Shown here: positions 31,531 through 41,746 of the stretch, one piece after another | How the letters are laid out: each line of letters begins with the position of its first letter | Position numbering within the stretch: the stretch's first letter is position 1 | Source: an uncultured Microthrixaceae bacterium | Lineage (GTDB): Bacteria; Actinomycetota; Acidimicrobiia; Acidimicrobiales; VFJN01 | Direction of reading: 5' to 3' | Assembly: GCA_963795165.1 (NCBI GenBank) | Contig: CAWCGT010000001.1 | Span: 1,538,048 to 1,602,047 of the forward strand | Length of the DNA: 64,000 nucleotides | The notes under the pieces: model-generated | Told to the model about the DNA's origin: nothing | The model's database searches: none | The model's input: only the letters and a program-made list of their open reading frames with translations | Position numbers and translations under genes: made by a program

Positions 31531-32154
31531 TCAGGTGTAGAAGGGGTTCTCGCCGGCCGCGTGGTCGGTGGTGTCGATGACCTCGGTGATCTCCGGGATG
31601 GCCTCGGTGATCGAGCGAGCGATCCCATCGCGGAGGGTCATGGCCGACACGGCACAGCCCTGGCAGCCGCCTCCCATGGTCACGTAGGCCTTGTCGCCGT
31701 CGATGCCCTTCAGCTCCGCGAAGCCGCCGTGGGCGGCCAGCGCCGGGTTGATCTGCTCCTGGAGGAGCTGCTCGACCTTCTCCGGCACCGAGCCCGTCAG
31801 CTCGAGGTGCTTGCCCGAGAGGGGATCTGGCCGGTTGGGGTTGCGGAGCACCAACCCGGGGCCACCGCCCGCCGGGATGTCGAGGGTGGCGCCGGTGAGC
31901 TGCTCGATCGAACCCGCCGGCACGAGGACCGGGAGATCGCCCTGGGAGTAGTGGACGTCGGCGTCGTCGGCCTCGGCGATCGGATCGAAGGTGAGGTCGT
32001 AGGCGTACTCCACGCCGGTGGTGCCGGTGACCTCGACGCGCAGGGCCAGCCCGGGCGGATCATCCTCCTGCTCCCGCAGCTCCAGCACGCGTGCGATGGC
32101 GTCGGGGGTGACGGTGAAGACCACCAGGTCGGTCTCTGCGGTGGCATCGGCCAT
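31531..32154 (-). CDS. NfuA-like Fe-S cluster carrier (HesB/IscA-like N-domain + NifU C-domain)
   Basis: 207-aa ORF. C-terminal NifU motif GGGCQGCAVSAMTL. Confidence 0.75.
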   Translation of the reverse strand: MADATAETDLVVFTVTPDAIARVLELREQEDDPPGLALRVEVTGTTGVEYAYDLTFDPIAEADDADVHYSQGDLPVLVPAGSIEQLTGATLDIPAGGGPGLVLRNPNRPDPLSGKHLELTGSVPEKVEQLLQEQINPALAAHGGFAELKGIDGDKAYVTMGGGCQGCAVSAMTLRDGIARSITEAIPEITEVIDTTDHAAGENPFYT

Positions 32155-32211
32155 GGGGCCAGGCTAACGACTGCCGACCGGCCCGCCACCGCCGCCTCTA
32201 TCGTCCCCCCC

Positions 32212-32493
32212 ATGGCCCGGCCGGACTGGCACTCCCCTCGAGAGCTCCTCGACTTCATCCTGCTGTCGGCCAAGCGGGTGGTGATCCTCGTCGTGGGCAC
32301 CGCGCTGGTGGTCGCCGGGTTGGCCATGCTGGTCCTTCCTGGCCCCGGGATCCTCGTCATCATCGGGGGCCTGGCCGTGCTGGCATCGGAGTTCGCCTGG
32401 GCTGAGACCATGCTCGACAAGGCCAAGGATCAGGCCCAGAAGGCCGGACAGGCCGCCAAGCGGTCGATCTTCAAGCGCGGCAAGGGCTCCTGA
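32212..32493 (+). CDS. PGPGW-domain small membrane protein
   Basis: ATG 32212. 93 aa with two TMs and the signature LPGPGILVIIGG. Confidence 0.6.
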   Translation: MARPDWHSPRELLDFILLSAKRVVILVVGTALVVAGLAMLVLPGPGILVIIGGLAVLASEFAWAETMLDKAKDQAQKAGQAAKRSIFKRGKGS

Positions 32494-32731
32494 CCCACGG
32501 CCCAGGACTCGGCACGCTCGGTGCCGAATTGGGCCGATCGACTCTGGCGCGGCGAGGCGAGAACAGGGATCCTGCTGGGAACGACCTCCTCGGAGGGAGT
32601 CACCAGCGAAAGCGTCGCCTCGGCGACGCCCGCCAGCGAATCCGGCCGAGTCCCGGCGGGCGGGGCTCGGCCGACTCGCGCGTGGGCCACGGTCCGCGGC
32701 GAGCGGATCGTCAGTCGGTACCGTCGACCAG

Positions 32732-33550
32732 GTGGCCTCGGACGGCATCCTCTCCGGCCCCATCGACCTCGACGGCCGCCCTCGGCATCCGGCCCACCCC
32801 ACCGTCGAGGCACGACTCGGCCTGGTGGTGGAGCACCGGGCCAGCGGTGTGGTCGGCTCCATCCGCTCCTTCAGCGACGCGGTGGTGGTGCTGCGCGATC
32901 GCCAGGAGGTCGACCGACCCCTGCGCAACCTGCCAGGGGGGTTCCTGGTGGAGGGACGGGTGGCCACGCTCGTGGCGCCCCCCGCCGGCGCTCGCTGGGC
33001 GACCACCGCCTCCGGATCGGTCGCTGGCCCGGCCCGGCCCGCCCGAGTCGCCCGCGCCAGCCGGATCCTCGTCGAGGGCATCCACGACGCGGAGCTGGTG
33101 GAGAAGGTGTGGGGCGACGACCTCCGGGAGGTAGCGGTGGTGGTGGAGCGCCTCGACGGGATGGATGATCTGGCCGACGTGGTGCGCAACCTTGATCCGG
33201 CTCCGGGTCGTCGGCTCGGCGTGCTGCTCGACCATCTGGTGCCGGGCTCGAAGGAGTGGCGGGCGGCCCGGGAGGTCCGTCATCCGCACGTCCTCGTGAC
33301 GGGCACGCCCTTCGTCGACGTGTGGGCCGCCGTCCGCCCGACCGCCATCGGGATCGACGCCTGGCCGGACGTCCCCATGGGGGTGCCGTGGAAGGCGGGG
33401 GTGCTGGATGCCCTCGGCATCGTGGCCCACCCCGGGGCGTTCTGGCGCCAGCTGCTCGGCAGCGTGCAGAGCTACGCCGACCTGCAGCCTGGCCTGGTCG
33501 GCGCAGTGGAGCAGCTCATCGACTTCGTCACCGATCCTGACGCCACCTGA
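32732..33550 (+). CDS. DUF3097 family protein
   Basis: 272-aa ORF with a GTG start. Sequence typical of actinobacterial DUF3097 (RILVEGIHDAELVEKVWGDDLR...). Confidence 0.7.
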   Translation: MASDGILSGPIDLDGRPRHPAHPTVEARLGLVVEHRASGVVGSIRSFSDAVVVLRDRQEVDRPLRNLPGGFLVEGRVATLVAPPAGARWATTASGSVAGPARPARVARASRILVEGIHDAELVEKVWGDDLREVAVVVERLDGMDDLADVVRNLDPAPGRRLGVLLDHLVPGSKEWRAAREVRHPHVLVTGTPFVDVWAAVRPTAIGIDAWPDVPMGVPWKAGVLDALGIVAHPGAFWRQLLGSVQSYADLQPGLVGAVEQLIDFVTDPDAT

Positions 33551-33581
33551 GACGACCGCTAGGCAGCAGTAGCGTCCGGTC

Positions 33582-34298
33582 ATGTCCCCAGACACGACCA
33601 CCGAGCCCGTCACCACCACCATCGAGGAGGGCGTCGCCGTCGTCCGCATCGACGACGGCAAGGTCAACGTCATCAGCCACCGGGTGGTCGAGCTCCTCCT
33701 CGCTGCCCTCGACAGCGCCCAGGCTGATGCCACCGCCGTGGCCATCATCGGGCGGGACGGCAAGCTCTCGGCGGGGTTCGACCTGAGCGAGATGACGGCC
33801 AGCCCCGAGCGGGCCGGTGCCCTGGTGGGAGCAGGCGGCCGCCTGCTGATGCGCGTGTTCACCCATCCCCAGCCTGTGGTGCTCGGCATCACCGGACACG
33901 CCTTGGCGGCCGGGGCCCTCCTGTGCCTGGCCTGCGACGTGCGGGTGGTGGGCGACGGGCCGGCCAAGATCGGGCTGAACGAGACAGCCATCGGCATGGG
34001 GTTGCCTGCCTACGCCGTGGAGCTGGCCCAGGCCCGACTCTCCCCCGCCCACCTGCGTCGGGGCGCGGTCCAAGCCGAGATCTACAGCCCGGAGGGGGCG
34101 GTGGAGGCCGGGTACGCCGATCGAGTGGTGTCGGCCGCGGACGTGGCGAAGGCCACCATCGAGGAGGCCCGCCGCCTGGGAGAGCTCCCGGCCGCCGCCT
34201 ACCGGCACACGAAGCTGGCCATCAACCGCGCCCTGGCCGAGCGGGTGCTGGCCGGGATCGATGCCGACATGCAGCGGATGACGATGCCCACGCCCTGA
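33582..34298 (+). CDS. crotonase/enoyl-CoA hydratase family protein
   Basis: 238-aa ORF with a crotonase-fold core (GRDGKLSAGFDL, ITGHALAAGALL). Confidence 0.8.
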   Translation: MSPDTTTEPVTTTIEEGVAVVRIDDGKVNVISHRVVELLLAALDSAQADATAVAIIGRDGKLSAGFDLSEMTASPERAGALVGAGGRLLMRVFTHPQPVVLGITGHALAAGALLCLACDVRVVGDGPAKIGLNETAIGMGLPAYAVELAQARLSPAHLRRGAVQAEIYSPEGAVEAGYADRVVSAADVAKATIEEARRLGELPAAAYRHTKLAINRALAERVLAGIDADMQRMTMPTP

Positions 34299-34329
34299 AC
34301 GCCCCGTCGCGGCTATGGTCTAACGCGGC

Positions 34330-35111
34330 ATGTCAGGTTCGGGTCTCCTCGAGGGGAAGGTGGCCGTGATCACCGGCGCGGCCTCCGGCCAGGGCCGGGC
34401 CGCCGCTCGCCTCTTCGCCGACAACGGGGCTCGCATCCTGGTGGCCGATGTGGACGACGCCGGCGCCGACGAGACCGTCTCGATGGTGGCAGAGAGCGGG
34501 GGTGAGGCGACCAGCGTGCACGCCGACGTCTCCATCCGGGCCGACAACGAGGCCATGGTGGCGGCGGCGGTGGACCGATGGGGACGCCTCGATGTCCTCT
34601 ACAACAACGCCGCCGTGCAGATGTCGGGCCGGCTGCGTGGAGTGCACCGAGGACGAGTGGGACCGCACGGTGGCCACCAACCTCGACGCCATCTTCTGGG
34701 CCTGCCGGGCCGCCCTCCCCCACCTGCGGGCCAGCGGGGCCGGCTCGATCATCAACACCGCGTCGGTGCTCGGGCTGGTCGGGCTCGGAGGGCTACTGCG
34801 CCTACGGCGCCGCCAAGGCGGGCCTGGTGGCGCTCACCCGCCAGCTCGCGGTGGAGCACGGCCCGGACGGTGCGGGCCAACGTCATCGCGCCCGGATCGA
34901 TCGACACGCCCCGGTTCCGCAAGGTGGCCGAGGACATGGGCATGGAGCGACAGGCCTTCCTCGACATGCTCCACAAGAACATCCCGCTGCACCGGCTCGG
35001 GCACGGCCGACGACGTGGCCGGGATCGCCCTGTTCCTCGCCGTCCGACCTGTCCGCGTACACCTCCGGTGCGGTGATCCCGGCCGACGGCGGGCTGGCGG
35101 TCCTGCGATGA
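34330..35111 (+). pseudogene. SDR-family oxidoreductase, five +1 breaks (~34636, ~34781, ~34869, ~35000, ~35041)
   Basis: The SDR sequence cycles through track ORFs 34330, 34448, 34578, 34330, 34448, 34578: GKVAVITGAASGQG...NNAAVQMSGRL / VECTEDEWDRT...SVLGLVG / SEGYCAYGAAKAGLVALTRQLAVEHGPD / VRANVIAPGSIDTP...HRLG / TADDVAGIALFLA / SDLSAYTSGAVIPADGGLAVLR. Confidence 0.75.
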
Positions 35112-35853
35112 CCGCCGCCCGTCGCCATCGTCACGGGCGGAGGCTCCGGCCTGGGCGCCGCCATCTCGCAGCGGCTGGCCGACGACGGCCACACGGTGGT
35201 GGTCGCCGACATCGACGTCGAGGCCGCCGGCAAGGTGGCCGCCGACGTCGGCGGACACCCGTTCGCGGTCGACGTGCGCCGTCGCCGACGAGGTGCAGGC
35301 ACTCGCCGATCACTCGGCCGAGCTCGGTCCGGTCCGTGTCCTGGTGCTGTCGGCGGCCGTGGAGGTGCGGGCGGGCATCCTCGACACCTCCGACGACGAC
35401 TGGCGCTCGGTGCTCGACACCAACCTCAAGGGCCCCTTCCTCTGCATGCGGGCCGTGGTGCCCAAGATGGTCGACGCCGGTGGCGGTTCCATCGTGGCCC
35501 TCGGCTCCACGCTGGGCGCCATCGTCGCCCCCGGGTACCCCGCCTACTGCACCAGCAAGTTCGCCCTCACCAACCTCTGCAAGCAGGTGGCCATCGAGCA
35601 CGCCCCGGACGGCGTGCGCGTCAACGTGGTGGCGCCCTCGGCCTGCGACACCGGACTGTTCGTACGGATGGCCGAGTCCACCGGCGACCCAGAGGCCATC
35701 AGACGCATGGTCACGTCCAACGTGCCGATGGGCCGCCTCGGCACGGCTCGGGAGGTTTGCGACGCCGTTGCCTTCTTCGCGTCCGATGCGTCCTCGTACA
35801 CCAGCGGTACCGTGCTCCCCCTCGATGGCGGCCTGGCCGCTCGGAGGATGTGA
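35108..35853 (+). pseudogene. SDR-family oxidoreductase, two +1 breaks (~35120, ~35280)
   Basis: ATG 35108 overlaps the previous stop (ATGA). [32 protein letters not shown]... is in the phase of track ORF 35196. [15 protein letters not shown]...YCTSKFAL...[12 protein letters not shown] is in track ORF 35293..35853. Confidence 0.75.
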
Positions 35854-36924
35854 TGCTGGACGACGGCGCTCGGGTGCTCGACGCCGACGGGCACGTGATC
35901 GAGCCCGCCCACCTGTTCCACCGGTGGAGCGAGGGCCGGCTGCCCATGGACCTGCCCGCGACCACCCCGATGGTCCCCTGCGGCGACTTCGACCTGCTGG
36001 CCGACCAGCTCGAGCACGGCTTCGACGCCCCTTCCTACCTCCGGGCGTTGGACGCACAGGGCATCGACGCTGCGGTGCTCTACCCGTCGATCGGTCTGTT
36101 CGTGCCGTTCCTACCCGAGCTCGACACCGCCGAGAGCGTGGCCGCCTGCCGGGCCTACGACGATTGGATCGCCGAGTACTGCAGCGACACCGACGGCCGC
36201 CTGTTCGGCGTGGGCATCCTCCCGCTGGCTGACCCCGCGGAGGCGGAGAAGGAGGTCAGCCGGGCGGCCGAGATGGGGCTGGTGGCCATGATGGCCCGCC
36301 CCAACCACCTCTACGGGCGCAACCTCGGCGATCCTGCCTACGACGGCGTCTACGACGCCCTGGCCGGCCACGGCTTGGTGCTCTCCGTGCACGAGGGGCT
36401 GGGCCTGCGCGGCCAGCCCACCATCGGCTCCGATCGCTTCGATCGCTTCGGGCCGCGCCACGCCCTCAGCCACCCGATGGAGCAGATGGCGGCCATGGCC
36501 AGCCTCGTGCTCGACGGCGCCTTCGAGCGGCACCCGGCGCTGCGCACTGCGTTCTTGGAGTCGGGCACAGGGTGGCTGCCCTACTGGCTGCACCGCCTCG
36601 ACGAGCACCGCGAGTGGCTCGAGGGCACCGAGTGCGCAGACCTGTCCCTCAGCGCCAGCGAGTACTTCGCACGGCAGTGCGCCATCAGCACCGAAGCCGA
36701 CGACGACCTGGCCGCCGACGTGGTGGGTGCCGTCGGGGCCGACCACGTGCTGTGGGCCAGCGACTTCCCCCATCCCGACGCGGTGTTCCCCGGCTCGGCC
36801 GCGCGAGTTCGCTCGTCGGTGTGCCGAGCACGACCTATCCCACGAGGATCGCAACGCCGTCCTGTGGTCGACACCGATCGACCTCTACCGGCTCGGCGAC
36901 CGGATCCAAGGAGGCGCCCAATGA
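35853..36924 (+). pseudogene. amidohydrolase-2 (ACMSD-like) family protein, one +1 break (~36800)
   Basis: ATG 35853 overlaps the SDR stop. [18 protein letters not shown]...[16 protein letters not shown] is in the phase of track ORF 35196. The C-terminus [31 protein letters not shown]... is in track ORF 36727..36924. Confidence 0.75.
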
Positions 36925-38114
36925 CCGAGACCTTCGACGCCATGGGCCAGTTCACCGACACGGTGGCTGGTGACGTCCGCGACCCCTATCCGGAGCTGGC
37001 GCGCAAGCGGCGCGAGTCGCCCGTCGAGCTCGACATGCAGATGGGGTTCGACCTCGAGGAGCGGCTCACCGCCACCGTGTACCGCCACGACGACGTGGCC
37101 ACCGTGCTGCGCGACAACGCCACCTTCTCGTCCACCGCCATCCGCGACCTCATGGGCGTGGTGATGGGACCCTTCGTGCTGGTGGGCATGGACGGCGCCG
37201 AGCACAAGCGCCATCGCCACCTGGTGTCGCAGGCCTTCCGGTCCAAGGCTCTGGCCCACTGGGAAGACGACCTCATCACCGACGTGATCGATCAGCTCAT
37301 CGACGGGTTCGCTGGCGACGGCCGGGCCGAGCTGGTCCGCCAGCTCACCTTCCACTTCCCCGTGCAGGTGATCGCGGAGGTGCTGGGCCTCCCCCACGAG
37401 GACCACGAGCGGTTCCACGAGTACGCCGTGGCCATCATCAACGTGGCCGCCAACCCCGAAGCCGGCATCAAGGCGTCCGAGGCCCTCCGCACCTACCTCT
37501 CCGAGCACGTCGAGGCCCGGCGGCGCGATCCCGGCACCGATGTGATCAGCGACCTCGTCACCAGCGAGTTCGACGGCGAGGTGCTCGACGACGAGGAGAT
37601 CTACTCCTTCCTCCGGCTGCTCCTGCCCGCCGGCGCCGAGACCACCTATCGGGCGGCCGGGAACTTCCTCTTCGGCCTCCTCACCAACCCCGACCAGATG
37701 GACGCCCTGCGAGCCGATCGCTCGCTGATGGTGCCAGCGGTGGAGGAGGCCATCCGGTGGGAGTCGCCGCTGCTGATCACCACCCGTCGGTGCATGGCCG
37801 ACACCGAAGTCGCCGGCGTCGCCATCCCGGAGGGGGCCAACGTGATCGCCAACCTGGGCTCGGCCAACCACGACGAGGCCCACTGGGACGATGCCGAGTC
37901 CTTCGACATCCACCGCGAGCCGAAGCCCCAGATCGCCTTCGGGGCTGGTCCGCACATGTGCCTCGGGATGCACCTGGCCCGGCTGGAGCTGCGGGTGGCC
38001 GTCAACCGCCTTCTTGACCGGCTCCCCGACCTCCGCATCGATCCCGACGGGGACGACCCCCACATCCATGGTGAGCGCTTTCGATCGCCCACCGCGCTGC
38101 CCGTGCTCTTCTGA
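36921..38114 (+). CDS. cytochrome P450
   Basis: ATG 36921 overlaps the amidohydrolase stop (ATGA); 397 aa, intact. I-helix AGAETT, ExxR (EEAIRW), heme loop [14 protein letters not shown]. Confidence 0.9.
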   Translation: MTETFDAMGQFTDTVAGDVRDPYPELARKRRESPVELDMQMGFDLEERLTATVYRHDDVATVLRDNATFSSTAIRDLMGVVMGPFVLVGMDGAEHKRHRHLVSQAFRSKALAHWEDDLITDVIDQLIDGFAGDGRAELVRQLTFHFPVQVIAEVLGLPHEDHERFHEYAVAIINVAANPEAGIKASEALRTYLSEHVEARRRDPGTDVISDLVTSEFDGEVLDDEEIYSFLRLLLPAGAETTYRAAGNFLFGLLTNPDQMDALRADRSLMVPAVEEAIRWESPLLITTRRCMADTEVAGVAIPEGANVIANLGSANHDEAHWDDAESFDIHREPKPQIAFGAGPHMCLGMHLARLELRVAVNRLLDRLPDLRIDPDGDDPHIHGERFRSPTALPVLF

Positions 38115-38299
38115 TGATCGAGATCGACCGCAACACCTGCATCGGGTCGGGCAACTGCGGCTTCTGGGCCCCGCACACCTTCGACATCGGCGACGACAAC
38201 GTGGCCTTCGTCCTGGACCCGCCCCACGACGATCCCGGCGTGATCGCCAAGGCCGCCCAGGGCTGTCCCACCCGCAGCATCGCCATTACCGGAGGCTGA
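38114..38299 (+). CDS. ferredoxin (3Fe-4S/4Fe-4S single-cluster type)
   Basis: 61 aa. Start overlaps the P450 stop. Cluster motif CIGSGNC...CP. Confidence 0.8.
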   Translation: MIEIDRNTCIGSGNCGFWAPHTFDIGDDNVAFVLDPPHDDPGVIAKAAQGCPTRSIAITGG

Positions 38300-38332
38300 G
38301 CGAGCCGAGGTCCGGTCCCCTAGGTTCCGGGC

Positions 38333-39175
38333 ATGCCCAACGTCTTCATCACCGGCGCGTCCACCGGCATCGGGGAGGCGACCGCCCTGCGTCTGGCCCG
38401 GCTGGGTCACCGGGTGTTCGCCGGTGTGCGTCAGGATGCCGACGGCGAGGCGCTGGCCAGCCAGGCTCCCGGGCGCATCGTGCCGGTGCGATGCGACGTG
38501 ACCGACGGCGGCCAGATCGCCGCCGCTCGGAAGGTGGTGGGCGACGAGGTGGGCGACGCCGGCCTCCAGGGCTTGATCAACAACGCCGGGGTGGCCGTCG
38601 GCGGCCCGCTGGAGCACCTGACCCTCGACCGCTGGCGGTGGCAGTTCGAGGTGAACGTGTTCGGGCAGATCGCGGTCACCCAGGCCTTCCTCGACCTGGT
38701 TCGGCAGGGCCGCGGCCGGATCAGCTTCACCGGCTCGATCGCCGGACGCACCGCCAACCCCATGCTCGGCCCCTACGCGGCGTCGAAGCACGCCGTCGAG
38801 GCCATCAGCCAGGCGCTTCGTGGAGAGCTCGAGCCGTGGGGCATCCACGTGTCGGTGGTGGAGCCGGGGGCCGTCAAGACCCCCATCTGGGACAAGGGTC
38901 GCCAGACGGCCGACGAGCTCGAGTCGGAGCTGGGTCCCGAGGTGGCGGCCAAGTACGCCGAGGGCGTGGCCTTCCTCCGGAAGGGCATCGACTACCAGGA
39001 CAACCGGGCCACCCCGCCTGAACAGGTGGCCGCCGCCTTCGAGCACGCCCTGTTCAGCGCTCGGCCGCGCAGCCAGTACCTGGTGGGCGTGGACGCCAAG
39101 CTGCTCGGCACCCTCGACCGTCTGCTCCCCCAGCGGACCCTCGATGCCCTGGTGAAGCGCGTCGGGCCCTCCTGA
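38333..39175 (+). CDS. SDR-family oxidoreductase
   Basis: 280 aa. TGASTGIGEA, NNAG, YAASKHA. Confidence 0.85.
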   Translation: MPNVFITGASTGIGEATALRLARLGHRVFAGVRQDADGEALASQAPGRIVPVRCDVTDGGQIAAARKVVGDEVGDAGLQGLINNAGVAVGGPLEHLTLDRWRWQFEVNVFGQIAVTQAFLDLVRQGRGRISFTGSIAGRTANPMLGPYAASKHAVEAISQALRGELEPWGIHVSVVEPGAVKTPIWDKGRQTADELESELGPEVAAKYAEGVAFLRKGIDYQDNRATPPEQVAAAFEHALFSARPRSQYLVGVDAKLLGTLDRLLPQRTLDALVKRVGPS

Positions 39176-39238
39176 CGGTGGCCGCAGGGCGTCGGGCGCC
39201 CGAGTACGGTCGATCCAAGACTGGGACGAAAGGCGATC

Positions 39239-41398
39239 GTGGATCTCACGGCGGCTGTGAGGACCAACGGCGACGATGAGGCGTGGGCGGCCCTCTTCAG
39301 CGCTCCGAAGAAGCGGCGGCGACGGGGCGCGCCCGACGTCTGGCAGGCAGTGTCGACGGTGGAGGATCCGCGTCCCCAGCTCCGCGCATCGGTGGAGGCG
39401 CGCTTCGTCCCGGTGCGCTGGGACGACGACTACTGGGTGGTGGGCGACCCCGAACGCCGCAAGCACTTCACCCTGGAGCCCTGGGAGTGGGAGCTGGCCC
39501 AGCGGATGGATGGCCAGCGCTCCTTGGAAGAGCTGGTGGCCCTGCGCCTAGAGCAGGACGGGGTGCTCGATCCCGACGCCGTGCGGGACCTCATCGCCCT
39601 CCTCCGGCACGGCGACATGCTCGAGGGTGGCAACCGCGACGTCTGGCGCACGCTCGCCGAGGCCACCACCCCGCCGAGGACGCTGCGCCAGCGGGTGATC
39701 GCCACCCTGGCCAGCTTGAAGGTGGAGTGGACAGGCGCCGAGGCCCTGGTCGCCGCCCTCTACCGGACGGTGCTGCGGCCGCTCTTCGTCCCCTGGCTAC
39801 AACCCATCCTGATCGCCGTGGCCGTGGCGGGCCTGGCGGCCTTCGGGTGGATGGCAGCCGATGGCCGGCTCACCCTCAGCCAGGGAAGCGTGACCTCCGG
39901 TGTCTTCCTGATCGTGCTCTCGCTGTTCATGACCTTCGTGCACGAGCTGGGCCACGCCGCCTACCTCGTGCACCGGCGCCGGCGGGTGTACAGCGCCGGG
40001 TTCCTCCTCTACTTCGGATCCCCGGCCTTCTTCGTCGACTCCACCGACGGGCTGCTTCTGGAGCGGCGCGACCGGATCCGCCAGGCGTTCGCCGGTCCCT
40101 ACTACGAGATGGTCCTCGGGGGCGCCATCGCGCTGGTTGCCCTCGCCCTGCCTGCCGGGGGCGTGGCCGACACCATGCACGTGTTCATCCTGCTGCTCTA
40201 CTTCGGGGTCTTCCTGAACCTCATCCCGCTGCTGGAGCTGGATGGCTACTGGATCTTCGCGGAGCTCCTGGAGTCGCCCACGTTGCGCAGCCGGTCCTTC
40301 GAGTTCGTCCGCCACGAGCTCCCCACCCGGCTGTGGCGCCGCCAGCCCCTCCGCCGCCACGAGGTGTGGTTCACCTTCTACGTGGTCGTGGGCACCGCCT
40401 TCACCATCTGGTCGGTGTGGGTGGCCATCGTGTTCTGGCAGACCATGTTCGGGCCCATGGTGAGCGGCCTGTGGAACGGCGGCACCACCAGCCGGGTCAT
40501 CCTGGTGGTGGGCGCCGCCGCCCTGGCCGGACCGGCCGTGCAGGGGGCGGCCAAGCTCACCCGCAACCTCCTGGCCCGGGCGACCCAGGCGGCGGCCGAC
40601 GTGCGCTTCCGGTTCGAGACGAGCTGGCGGGTGGAGGCGGCGCTCCTCCTCGACGACTCGCCGGTGTTCGGCGACCTGCCGGAGGAGACGTTGAGCGACC
40701 TGTCGGGTCGGCTCCGACGCCGCCGGATCGATCCCGGCGAGGCGGTGTTCCGGCAGGGCGACCGGGCCGACGCCTTCTACGTCGTGCGGACCGGAACGCT
40801 CCAGGTGGTGTCCGAGACCGACCAGGACACCACCGTGATGGCCATCCTCCAGCGAGGCGACACCTTCGGCGAGCTGGGCCTGCTCGGCCACGCCGTGCGC
40901 CAGGCCACCGTGCGGGCTACCGCCCCGTCCGAGGTCTTCGTGGTGCTCGAGAACGACTTCGACCGGCTGCTCCGGACCGACGCCAGCCTCCCCACCGTCG
41001 CCCCCACCCTCACCGCGCTCGCCACCCTCGGAGCCCTCCCCCCCTTCGCCCGTCTCACCTCGGCCCGGCTGGCCGCCCTGCACCGGGCCGGCACCTGGCT
41101 CGACGTGGCCCCAGGCACCGCGGTGGTCAGCGAGGGCGAGGTGGGCGACGCCTTCTATGTGATCTCGTCCGGCCAGGCCGAGGTGAGACGGAAACGGCGG
41201 AAGCTGGGGACGCTCGGAGCCGGCGACGCCTTCGGGGAGCTGGCGCTGCAGAGCGGCGAGCCGCGGGCCGCCACCGTCACTGCCGTCACGCCGCTGCGCC
41301 TCTTCCAGGTGCCGCCGACCGCCTTCCGCCGGTTCCTGGCCGCCGATGCCCGCCCACGCGCCGTCGACGAGCCCGAGCAGCGGGTGATGAGCCATTGA
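39239..41398 (+). CDS. M50 (site-2-protease-like) membrane metalloprotease fused to two cyclic-nucleotide-binding domains
   Basis: 719-aa ORF. HELGH (HExxH) and NLIPLLELDG (NxxPxxxLDG) motifs sit in a polytopic core. Two C-terminal cNMP-binding domains (FGELGLL...RQATVRA and FGELAL...RAATVTA). An N-terminal segment (EPWEWELAQRMDGQRSLEELVALRLEQDGVLDPDAVRDLIALL) looks PqqD/RRE-like. Confidence 0.75.
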   Translation: MDLTAAVRTNGDDEAWAALFSAPKKRRRRGAPDVWQAVSTVEDPRPQLRASVEARFVPVRWDDDYWVVGDPERRKHFTLEPWEWELAQRMDGQRSLEELVALRLEQDGVLDPDAVRDLIALLRHGDMLEGGNRDVWRTLAEATTPPRTLRQRVIATLASLKVEWTGAEALVAALYRTVLRPLFVPWLQPILIAVAVAGLAAFGWMAADGRLTLSQGSVTSGVFLIVLSLFMTFVHELGHAAYLVHRRRRVYSAGFLLYFGSPAFFVDSTDGLLLERRDRIRQAFAGPYYEMVLGGAIALVALALPAGGVADTMHVFILLLYFGVFLNLIPLLELDGYWIFAELLESPTLRSRSFEFVRHELPTRLWRRQPLRRHEVWFTFYVVVGTAFTIWSVWVAIVFWQTMFGPMVSGLWNGGTTSRVILVVGAAALAGPAVQGAAKLTRNLLARATQAAADVRFRFETSWRVEAALLLDDSPVFGDLPEETLSDLSGRLRRRRIDPGEAVFRQGDRADAFYVVRTGTLQVVSETDQDTTVMAILQRGDTFGELGLLGHAVRQATVRATAPSEVFVVLENDFDRLLRTDASLPTVAPTLTALATLGALPPFARLTSARLAALHRAGTWLDVAPGTAVVSEGEVGDAFYVISSGQAEVRRKRRKLGTLGAGDAFGELALQSGEPRAATVTAVTPLRLFQVPPTAFRRFLAADARPRAVDEPEQRVMSH

Positions 41399-41429
41399 CC
41401 ACCACGACGACCCCCTGGAGGGATCCCCC

Positions 41430-41639
41430 ATGGACTGCTGGCACTGTCGAAGGACGGCGGTCGGGGCCTGCCGCTTCTGCGGCCGCGGCATCTGCGAGGA
41501 CCACGTGCGAACACAGCCGTTCGTGCTCAGCCTGTACAGCCGCGACGGCACCCCCAACGCCCTCGTGGTGGACGACGCCCTCGCGTGCGGCCACTGCCAC
41601 CCCCGGCCCGAGCCCGTGCCCCTCCCCGAGCTGGCCTGA
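41430..41639 (+). CDS. DUF2180-like cysteine-rich small protein
   Basis: 69 aa with GGAGGG 9 nt upstream. CxxC...CxxC...CxxC pattern (MDCWHCRR..CRFCGRGICEDH...ACGHCHP). Confidence 0.6.
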   Translation: MDCWHCRRTAVGACRFCGRGICEDHVRTQPFVLSLYSRDGTPNALVVDDALACGHCHPRPEPVPLPELA

Positions 41640-41645
41640 ACCCGT

Positions 41646-41661
41646 TGTGATGAACATCACG
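41646..41661. promoter_or_regulatory. CRP/cAMP-receptor-like binding site TGTGA-N6-TCACG
   Basis: TGTGATGAACATCACG matches 9/10 of the TGTGA-N6-TCACA consensus. It lies 86 bp upstream of the small ORF start at 41747 and 300 bp upstream of the Crp/Fnr gene. It is part of the longer inverted repeat GTTGTGATG-AA-CATCACGAC. Confidence 0.4.
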
Positions 41662-41746
41662 ACGCGAAGGGGCCAAACGGCACAACCCGGGCACCGCCTG
41701 GAGGCGCATGCTGCAGGCAACAACTCGCCCAACCAAGGAGCGCACG

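Noticed and set aside
32494-32731. 238-bp gene-free, hairpin-rich gap upstream of the DUF3097 gene as a possible ncRNA or riboswitch
   Set aside because: It holds only short GC stems (5-8 bp) expected by chance at this GC content, and no recognisable conserved RNA motif. The DUF3097 start may also lie further upstream.
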